Source of the DNA: Hormiphora californensis
Taxonomy: Eukaryota > Animalia > Ctenophora
Length of the DNA stretch: 64,000 nt
Assembly (NCBI GenBank): GCA_020137815.1
Contig: CM035354.1
Location: 6,510,001-6,574,000, forward strand
Reading direction: 5' to 3'
Shown: in pieces, positions 53,953 to 64,000 of the stretch
Layout: every line of letters begins with the position of its first letter
How positions within the stretch are numbered: position 1 is the first letter of the stretch
Program-made: the position numbers and the translations under genes
Notes under the pieces: generated by a model
Told to the model about the DNA's origin: nothing
Databases searched by the model: none
Seen by the model: the letters and a program-made list of their open reading frames with translations, nothing else

Positions 53953-55228
53953 CTTGTGTGTGTGTGTGTGGTGGGGAAAGAGCGGAGGAGCTAGCAGGGA
54001 AGGGTGTACGGTTAGGAATCAGTGAGATAAAAGGTATTTGATAAGTTGTATGGAGGATAAAATATTCAAATGTCAATACTAATTTGGGATCAGTTCATAA
54101 ACATAATAACGAAATGGCTGTAGCTCAAGGGTTAGGATAAATCGGATGAAGATTCAAAGTCTATCTCTCTATTTATCAGGATAAGAAGCGGCATTGTGTA
54201 GCTCACACTGCTCTATGAGGGTTCCGTAGATCAATAAAGGTATCAAAAATCTCGGGGTTAGTCCGAACAAAGATTGCTTTTGAAAAGACGACATCAGCCC
54301 CTCTTACATGGCTGTTTACCAAAAAAGTTGGGTATCAAGACAATAAGTAAAGAAGGCAAATTCTTAAACACCTCGTAATTTAGAAAAAGCCAGCTTTGTC
54401 AAGACCGTTCGAATCAAACGTTGGTCGCTAATTAATAAAATCCTGGAAACGGCCACACTGCAATGAGACAAAATACCGGCCGCCACAATCAATAAACTGC
54501 CTGGAAACAAATCAGATATTTTGTGCAAACAGTTGACACATAGTGAAATGCGATTAGCGGGGGGAGGAGGAGGAGGAGAGAAACTGCAATGCGGCGGCAA
54601 CCAGTCAATTACAATGTGATACAGTCATCGGTTACTGTCCACTGGGGGAATTTATAGTGTGAGGTCAGGACTGAGGAGGGTGAACGCATTTTGAGAACTG
54701 AGCAGTCGCCTAACTAAAGACAGCCCAGGTAGCCACAACTGGGTCCTATCGAACTCTCCCTATTTCTCTCTCCAAAAAACATTTCTTGTCCTGTATTATT
54801 CTATTAAAATACGGTACTGCTATTGCTAACGTAATTTTGTGGCGTTTCCGGCTGAGACGCGCTACTATTGGTCAAACGTGTTTGCTTGCCTATAGCCTTT
54901 CTAGCAGGAAGAGAGAACACGAAAAACACGCACACACATGAAGAGAGAGAGACATGGGCACGCAGGAAGGCAACCGGCTCTCTCTCCCACGACTCTCTCA
55001 CAAAGCCCACATTTTACCCAGTGCTCGAGCAACCATGAACCCTAGCCTGCTCCTGAGCTTTCCAGAAAACGTGGTGAGGCCCAGTGGGAAACAAAACGAA
55101 GTTTAGGTGCAATGAAAAATATATGGCTGATAGAGAGAGAAAGTGCCGCATATACTGGTGATAGTGGTAATTGACGGGGAGAAAGCGAGAGAGAGAGGAA
55201 GGTGGTGGGGTCAATAATTTATATGAGG

Positions 55229-55416
55229 CATAAACTCTTGCCAGTGGCGCGTTATTTCAGATACCTTTCTCCCAGCGCGCCGCTGGGAGAAGGTAGCTGT
55301 AGTTTATCCGCCACTGGCGGATAAACTGGTTTAAATCACGACGACGATCCCGAGGCGTAGCCGAGGGAGAGGCGGAGGGGTTTAAACCTATAACGCGTCT
55401 ATGGCAAGAGTTTATG
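55229..55416. mobile_element. Small MITE-like element with internal hairpins
   Basis: CATAAACTCTTGCCA ... TGGCAAGAGTTTATG; internal palindromes CCTTTCTCCCAGCG/CGCTGGGAGAAGG and AGTTTATCCGCCA/TGGCGGATAAACT. Confidence 0.7.
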
Positions 55417-58400
55417 GGTTATATACCCTGCTTTAGTTGTTTGTTACAAGTATTACACACTAACATGAGAGAGAACACTAATCAAAACACAAAAAGAGAA
55501 CTGAGAAACAGTCAAAAACATCTCTCAATTGAGTGTACATTGTTTGGTAACAGTTACTAAGGAGAGAGAGAAAGAAATAACAAGATATGGGGCATGCCAG
55601 ACATAACACAGAGGAATTGAGATAGTGAAACAAAAGGGAAGATAAAGAGAGAGAGAGTAATTGACGGAATGTGTTGTTTCTTTCTCTCCAATTTAGTGTG
55701 TAACTCTTCCAAACAGTGTTCCCTCTGTATTTCAGTAAGAACTGATCATTTACACACACTTTGAATGTAACATAGGAGTTAAAAATAAATAACCTGCCAG
55801 TGGGAAATAATCTGCCGCTGGACTGGCTGTTTATCGAGAGCGCGCTAGTGGGACTTCTCGCCACTGGCGCATTATTTAAGTTAGCAGGGTATATATATCC
55901 ACACACCACAAACACCGCTGCGGGGAGGAGAGGGAAAGAGTTGGAATTAAAAGGAGAGAATGAGCCGTATGTGGCTAGGTTAGAGTTGTTGACCTAATAT
56001 CTTGACAACACGGTCACATTAAGTGTGGTAAAAGTTGTGAACTCATACGGTAAAATACAAGGTGAGAGAAGTGGAGTAGAGAAAAATGTATACAATTGAA
56101 GGCCCAAAATTGGGTGGCTAAAATTAAATGGGGGAAAGAGAGAGGTTAAATATATACATTTCAATACCCTATCACTTTATGTGGGTGGTTTAAAGGTTCA
56201 GCGATCAAGTGCTTGGATTCCAGTGAAAAATTAAAAAAAAGAGTAACAGCGTTAGAGAGCTCTTCTTAGCATTCCTCTAGATCTTTTGCCCCTTCTTCAC
56301 TTTGTATGTAAAGTGCTGGATCAGCGTCTATTCTCTTACACACCACCTTTTGAATATATTTATATCACGAAACCTTTTTACCGTCTTTTGTGGTAGCAGT
56401 AGGGAAAGAGAGTGGAGGAGGGTAAGGCCAACTTACCAATACAATTGTAGCAGAAAGATCATTTGTCGTCTATAAAACTACCACGAAATTCTTAAATTAC
56501 TCAGTAGGTAATGTCTCCGAGTGAACATTTGCAGAAAAAAGTTGGCCCTCAAATCTCAATGACTAGACGAATATATTCAACTTTCAAGTATCCAGAGCTG
56601 AGAGTACACCTGACAAGAAAATGAGGTCCAATATTAAACTAGGGAGATAGAAGAACCAGTGGACGTCTTCGTCAGACTTGGATCTCTCTCTCCCCCTCTA
56701 GCTCTCCCCATATATCCCCATAATATCTATATCTTCCCGTCTCTCTCGTTATCTCCCTCTCTCTCACTTAGCGTCCATGTCTATTAGAGAACCGCTGTTC
56801 CACTGAGGCTGTCTAAAACTCTACTTAAAAAATAGAAGAATAAACAGAAGGATTAGCAGATACTAAACTTCCTCTCTCCCTTCTTCCCCTGTGTCTCCTG
56901 GCTCTCCCATTTCCCGCTATGTCTTTTCATTCCCTCTGTTTAGAAGCTGTTGACTCTATCACCACTTTACTTTAGCACCACTGTATCTTCTCTCTCGACG
57001 TTTCATACTTATAGTTCTCTCTCTCACTCACCCACTCTCTCTCCCCCTCTCTCTATCACCATCTCTCTCCATCTCTCTTACTCACCCTCTCTCTCCATCT
57101 CTCTTACTCACCCTATATTTCTTGTCACCCTACTTCGGAACTCGGTGCTTTAAGTTTGTGTTGATGTTTATTAGCCCTGCTTTATCCGTCTAACATCCCT
57201 CTATATCTGTCTCGTTATGAGAGGGTGAGAGTGGTAGAGGGAGAGAGAGAGAGAGAGAGAGCGAAAAAGGAAAAGAGAGAGGGAGAGAGAGGTAAAGGGA
57301 AATAGAGAGAGATAGAGAGAGAGAAAGCACACAATGATGTGATGATAGGTACTGTTAAGGAGGTAGCCCAATCAACAACACGAGATGAAGTCACGTGCCC
57401 GTATTCGACCAGTTAAATTCGATTAGCTGGTGCTGATTTTTCAGCCGCCTCCACCGGACCAGCAGCAGTAAGCCACACACGCATAGGAACATGTGTGTAG
57501 TATGTGAGAGGCATTCACTGCCCGTGGCATGCGTGATGTGTGTGGATAGGGTGGGGAGAGGGTGGACACTGGTGAGTGGTGACAGAGAGCGAGGGGGGAG
57601 TGGACAAACAACTGCTGCTGCAGTACAACTACACTGAAAGCAATTCAAGTGTGAAATGGTGGGTCTGAGTCCGGGAATAGGTCGGGTGCAGATTCGGGGA
57701 GATGATTGGGGAATGGGAGCGAGAAAGCAAAAGCATATATTGAATAGCTAGTGCTACATGGCTGTGTGGTTAGGAAACCCACTGAAATAATCAAATGGGA
57801 AGGAGAGAGAGAGAAAGAGAGAGAGAGAGAGAAGTTAGGAGAAGCCATAGAAAGTCGCACCGCGGTTTGGTCATGTAGCTTATAAAATGCTTTTCCTTCC
57901 CTTTTTGACCAAGAAATAAAACAGATCATGTTTTGGTTGGGGGGTGAAAGTTCAAATACTAAAACTCACATACACAAGCACCCGTTACAAATACACACAC
58001 TCTTTCATCAAATGATCCAGATATATGTTCGATGTTAGAGCAATGGTCTGGCCCTATTCGAGAACAGAGCGGTCAGAGCATTGGCCTGACAGGATGTTCA
58101 CTATATTTCTCCTTGTTTCTCCTGGTTTCTTGTTCACATGCCATTCATTACTCGGTTTTGAAAATCAACAACACTGAACACACACCGAACGTGGAGAAAT
58201 GCAGTGAAAAAGACGCTGAATCAAGTTGAAGGACGGGGTAAAATAAAACAGAGGAAAACCGCGAATAGTGCACCAGCACCATACAATTAGACCTAAAGTT
58301 TCAATCTCTCTCTCCGTTCTTTTAAAATGCATACAAACATTGGTAATGAAGTTACCCCTCCCTTGCCGGCGCTAAGAGCGCCCTACGAAGGTCGTAGAGG

Positions 58401-58928
58401 GGTTATTTCATAACCAATACAAACACGGCACCGGACACACAACTCATTCTATGTGTCATATATATCCCGGGCCCTCTTCTACAAAACATTAAATCCAGAA
58501 ATAATAACTTATTTTGAAAACTTGTAAAAAGAGGGAAATTGAGATATTGCCGACGCGAAACGGGTACTCGGCATTTTTCACAACCTATATAGAGAACAAA
58601 ACACACACGGATAGCAGTATAACAACTAAAAAACTTTTCTCTATAACACCCCACAAAACCACACGGGATATAACATTTCGGGGAAACTAACATTGGGGGG
58701 GGGGGGACTAACATTTCGGGGGGAACTAACATTTCAAAAATATGTTATCAAACACATAAACTTCTCTCTTTCAAACACACTACTGAAGTGGTTTGTGATT
58801 GAAAGTCCGTTTGATAAAACCAATGTCTCTCATTTCCTCTCCTGAGAAACTTTCTATAATGACCTCACTAGAGATCAGTTTTTTTCCATTTAACATAATA
58901 CGTTTTGCATCCTAATAAATTCCAAGCG

Positions 58929-61900
58929 TTATACCACCATCCTCTTATCTCGCTGTTTCAGCATGTTTCTCTGTCGGGCTTTGTTGCAGGCAGCGTTCAA
59001 CTTTTTCTGAAATGAAATACAATTTTTAGAAACATGGGATAGAAGGTTTAATGATTTAATGCCTTTTTGGTGCGTGACAGGTGGATTTTCCGGGATTAAA
59101 TCGAATTGACAAGTTGTTGTGTGACTTAAATAGAATAACCAAATCATGCAACAACTGTGCATCTCGAGTTGACCAATGATATTGGAAGGATAAAAGCCGG
59201 AAGACAATAGGAATTAGTAGGAATAAAAAATAGTGGCATAACCTACCATTTCAATTTTATCTCCTTTAGAGATAGGGTCGGCTCGGAGAGGGGGTGGTCC
59301 CAGTCCCAGGATCTCTCTCACAAATACATTCTGTTGAAGGTGAAGTGAAGTTGAAACTCCGAGGGATTCCTTCAGGGCGGAATACTGGACTTTCTCTGAC
59401 CAGGAGGAGATGGGTAGGGTTTCTTGGGCTGAAATCTTCACTGTTTCTTTGACACTGTCTAAAAATGGGGGGAGGGTTAGTCAGAATTGAGTGGTGCTGA
59501 AGGATGTACCTAAATGGCTGCTGGACATGTCACAATATAATATATCAGCCGTTGATCTAAATTCCCAAATCGGTCGCGAGTAAGAGCCAACTGGAGGCGG
59601 TAGTCTAAAAACCACGACACAAAACATACTCTCTACCAAACCCACCGTTGTCCATGACGCATCCTAGGATTTCTCTGAAGGAGGCTCTTTGTTGTTTCCT
59701 ATCTCTCTTCGCCCTGAATTTAGCACTGTCTCGTGACAATGTCTCTAGGTCGTCAAAGACACTCTGTAGTCCATCAACCTTAGGGAATATGTGAGTGTTA
59801 GTAACCTGCTCCTTCATAAAATTATCTATCGCGGATTTCTTTTGTGCTCCTACGCAATAAGTGAACCAGTCCAGTGAACACTTCTAACACGCATGAAAGG
59901 TGCTTCTATACACAATAACGGTTGGAAATATGTGTCTCTCACACAATAGAAACATGCACTAAAGCTGGTGTGTGAACAATGCGTTCAACACACAACTAAA
60001 CACGGGACAGTTTTAACATCCACGGGAGACATAAATAGAAGGACAAAGGTGGTAACTAAATCCTAAATAGTGAACATCAGTATACCACACCAAATCCCGT
60101 CTTGTAAAAGTTCCACAACGCGGGTTTTAGAAATGGAACTAAACTTACAGAGTCATCAAAATCAGGGTTGTAGTCACGGCCCATCTCGAAGAAATGTGCT
60201 AGGGTCTCCCCAGCCTGGATCCGGACATCAACATTACTGTGTTTTAGTTGGGCTATCACTGAGTTTAGAATCCTAGAGAGAGGAAATAGATGAATATGAT
60301 GATGATGTTGGGAGACGACCTGCTATTAGTAACTTTCTGAAGTACTTACATTCCAATTGTGTTTTTTCGCTCTGTAGGGGAGCACACGGTGAGAATGAGA
60401 GATGTAGCGCCCATGGCAGAGACAGCAAGGTCTTTATCTTCACTTCCCGTTAGGTCTCTCAGCAACAGAAGCATTTCTTTCCTATCATCCAGACTATCTA
60501 TTGGGCATTGGGAGTCAGAGGTTAGAGGTAGTAGGTGGGATAACTGGGCGGGTATAAAGTTGTTTGTAATTGGGGTCGAAGGACTGATAAGCTACAGTTT
60601 TCCCACCACCACCACGCCGTGTTAGAATACCTGTACAAATGAAGCAAAGGGTGGCCAACTGTTGAAGAATTCCAGCTCTCTCACTTCCTGAGCTATTTAT
60701 CAGTAGAGGTTTCAATTCTTGATAAAATGCCTCCAGATCCAATTCCTCGCCCGCTTGGAGGGTGAACAGGACCGCAAGTTGGGCCGTTTTCATTCTCTCG
60801 GACCCTTTTCCTGATAACAATAAGAGGAGTGGTTGAGGTCATGCGTTCTCTGGCTTCAAGCCAACCTCATCTCTATGAAAACACCAGTGCGCGCGCTAAG
60901 CGCTCAATAATAAAGTGATAACATCGGAAACTTTAACCACGCGCATGTCGTTTATCCCGCGCGCCGCGCTTATAAAAGGGTGGGCCCAGTGGTTGCGTCA
61001 CTGAAGCGAGCCAAGCGGGATAGCAGAGACCCGTCACACTTCAGAGTGGGAATATTAATTATCATTTGGCATCGTGCCAGTAATTACCGTTCTTAAGGGA
61101 TTTCAGGATAACTTCTGTAACTTCAGCCATCCTGCAAAGAAAATGAACGGTAAAACTACCGGAAAGTGTAGCGGAAGAAGCACACACATCTCAAAATAAA
61201 CACATGAAATGGAAAAAGGGAACATTTTGCACGAATAACGTACCTTTTTTGTAGGCATTCTCCGAGGATTTTGCTTCGGAAGAGTTCTGCTAAAATCGCC
61301 AAATTCTTCGTTCGGACGACAGAGCTGCACGTGAGAGAAATTGGGTCAGAAGAGAGACAGGGAGAGAAAAGGGGGCGACGAATGTAGCGGTGAAATGTAA
61401 TAACTCAATTCTCTCTCCTCATGCACCCTCCAGGGCCAATTTATTCTGCCTCTCCCTACTTCAATGACAACTCTCTACTAGCTTCTGTGGAAATAAACCT
61501 CTGAATCCTAATCATACTGGTCACACCTATTCATCGCTATAAAGTATACACTGTTCACAATAACGTCATGAAGACGTCACATTTCATTATTACTCAAAAC
61601 TGCATACTCTACTTCACTTCTACCCTGTCCAATTATTGCACATTATATATCTCATTATTCAGCACTAACTTTTTCAGTGCTGCAGCTTCAAGCGCTATCT
61701 CCAGCTGCATGTCAACAGAGTGATCGCTGTCTTCAATTCCACTTTCACCTGTCAAACCTGAGGGAGAATTTATTATTTAGGAACTGTATCATTATTTAGT
61801 TCCACTTCCACCAGAGTAAAACTTAACAGTTTCCCTTGCTCTGCAGAGCGAGGGAAATTATTAAACTGTCAAGTTTTAAATGAGATCTTCCTCAAGTGCG

Positions 61901-63048
61901 TGAGGCCGTGTCTCGGTGTTGAGTAATGAGTGAGGTAATGTCGACCTAAGCAAGCTAAGAGAAAGAGAGATACAGAAAGTTGTGAAAGAAATTAAAAAGT
62001 TGTGAAAAAAGTAAAAAGTTGTGAAAAAGCGAAAGTTGTGAAAGAAAGCGAAAGTTGTGAAAGAAAGCGAAAGTTGTGAAAGACTTGATTGACGTCACCA
62101 TAACATAAAGGTAATGCAATGTAATTGATCCATGGTATATTGGGGGGGGGGGGGTTGCAACACCGAATATTACGGATTACCGGTTACCCCAGGGCCTATC
62201 TTGCTGGAACCATGCCTGCTGTTACTGTGATAACAAACACTAGTGATAGTAAGGTATTAGATCATCTAACAAGGCCATCTCGCAGTGGGAGGGGGTGAAA
62301 TCACCACTACTTGCTAACAAGCAGAGGGTGCCAGAATAAAATGAGATCACTCCAAGTGACGTCATTCCGGGGAAAAGTGAGACTAAAAGATCTGGAATTT
62401 AATTAAAATTCAACCGGAAAATATTCAGATAGCAATAAGCAAGTCCATGCATAATCCCAGCTAAGGGGACGGGTAGCGGGTCACCCCAAGGGCTACATGC
62501 AAAGCACACTTACTTCCTTCACCTAGAGATTCCCGTTCAAGATTGTTCTGGTAGCTAATATTGCTGATAAAACTTGACACGTCATCTTCATAGTCACTGC
62601 ACTCAATCTCACGATTTCGACCTGAATAAGGAGATGATAAATGAATAGGTATACTGCACATGGTGTTGGTGTAGAGGCAACGAGAGAAAGCAGTCAAACT
62701 GACAGAGCTGAGGCCTGAGATGATAAGATAAGATTTGAGAGCTCATTCATTTCACTGCCAAGTCGCATGTCTAACTGAAATGTAACAGATAAATCTGCAA
62801 AATCTACAACTGATCATCTATCCTAGACGATCTACTACTAACCTTTCTTTCCCTTATTTTCTTTTCCTCCCTTCTTTTCTTTTACGACATACTCGTCGTC
62901 AACTGAAACGATAATTAACGAGTGAAAAATGAGGCTTGTTTTGCAAAACGTACTTGAGTACTACCAGCTCGGTAAATCAATTTAATTAATTAATCAATTA
63001 AACAGTAAAACTTTAGTAATTCTCACCTTTTCCTCCTTTCTTCCCCAT
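58929..63048 (-). CDS. IFRD: Interferon-related developmental regulator (IFRD1/2 family), multi-exon
   Basis: MGKKGGK start, QLATLCFIC, LKHSNVDVRIQAGETLAHFFE, LSRDSAKFRAKRDRKQQRASFREI, HLQQNVFVREILGLGPP, C-terminal AACNKARQRNMLKQRDKR. Confidence 0.9.
61976..62082. repeat. ~19-bp tandem repeat (AAAGTTGTGAAAGAAAGCG) in IFRD intron
   Basis: About 6 degenerate copies seen directly. Confidence 0.8.
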
Positions 63049-64000
63049 GTCAATTTTATCTTGTTGTTTTCTGTGTATCTCTTGTTTCTTTAGACCAATT
63101 TAGGGCTGTTGGCATACCTATTCACAAAATACAGCGGTCAGAGACAGTGGGACACCCTGTATAAAATGATGTAGATGGCTGCTATTATAACAATACACTA
63201 AGACAAATGACGTTGTCAAGGTGTGGCTACTGCACCAGCTGGTGCACTGTCAGTTCTGGCCCTGGCACAGCAACTTCTATTCTCAGTATGTTATATGTAT
63301 GTGTACTAAAATAAGAGAGTAATAAACCTGGCTTATCAGTTATCACATAATCTATCTAATAATGGGAGTAATAAATCTGTAATATATGTCTAGCTCTGAG
63401 CTCATAACATAAAGAGATGTGGAGCAATTAAGTGTAACTTATTAATGCTAACTGCTCTTCATTTCGGCATCACTCTAGAAACAGAATAAATAACAAGGTT
63501 CCACTATTCAAGGATTGGTTAGTGAGACCTATCACTGTGTAACGTAACACAGTCCTGCGTCCAAACGAAACTGGTATTAGCAAACAGTTGTTTACCATGG
63601 TTTGAGAATAACAACTAGCACTCTACATAGTGTTTAACTATCTAAGAAGCTCTGACATCATCACAATGCAAGATATCAAATACATACTATGTTTGCGAGT
63701 GGTAGTCATGAGACTGGCACTGATACCAGCTGATCATCTAAATCAAACTCAAAATGAGACACTTTCTATCACTCCCAATATTCGGTGAATTTCATGAATA
63801 TGAAACCACCTATCATGCGTTCTTTTCTCCTTGGATTAGAGTTTTCAGTCAACACACCGTCAACGGTCAAATCTCAGTCAGTTGGTTGCTATCGGCTATG
63901 CCCTCAATAAGCGTACCTATCAGAAATCAGAATGCAGCATCTTTGTTTTCTTAATATTAAAGTTCTCAGGTTCAAATTTACATAGCCCACACACAGTCAC

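Noticed and set aside
55014-56500. Possible further upstream tropomyosin exons (donor-like sites near 55017 and 56437)
   Set aside because: No coiled-coil coding signal; cannot be supported without transcripts.

Overview
Eukaryotic, intron-containing, gene-dense animal sequence with abundant (GA)n microsatellites and many foldback/MITE elements; the gene set and style suggest an early-branching metazoan such as a ctenophore (inference only). A minus-strand run reads Vav, WDR44, HSDL2 (SDR + SCP2 + SKL), a 4-TM orphan and NATD1. Three antisense F-type-lectin/F5-8C-like gene copies lie in the left 8 kb, two of them inside the large HSDL2 intron. A ~7 kb nest of foldback elements follows. A tightly packed plus-strand run then reads DNAJC2, a C2H2 zinc-finger gene with a CSTF1-type dimerisation N-terminus, and mitochondrial Lon. 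After a ~2 kb homopolymer-corrupted stretch come a complex tropomyosin gene and IFRD, both on the minus strand. Best leads: (1) the tropomyosin keeps canonical exon sizes (134/118/71/76/133/83 nt) but adds a symmetric 111-nt exon that turns a 247-aa form into a 284-aa form, and also has two first exons, four candidate last exons (two non-tropomyosin paralogous tails) and an intronic X-box pair; (2) the CSTF1-dimer-C2H2 fusion; (3) operon-like spacing with splice acceptors just before start codons. All exon models were read by eye.
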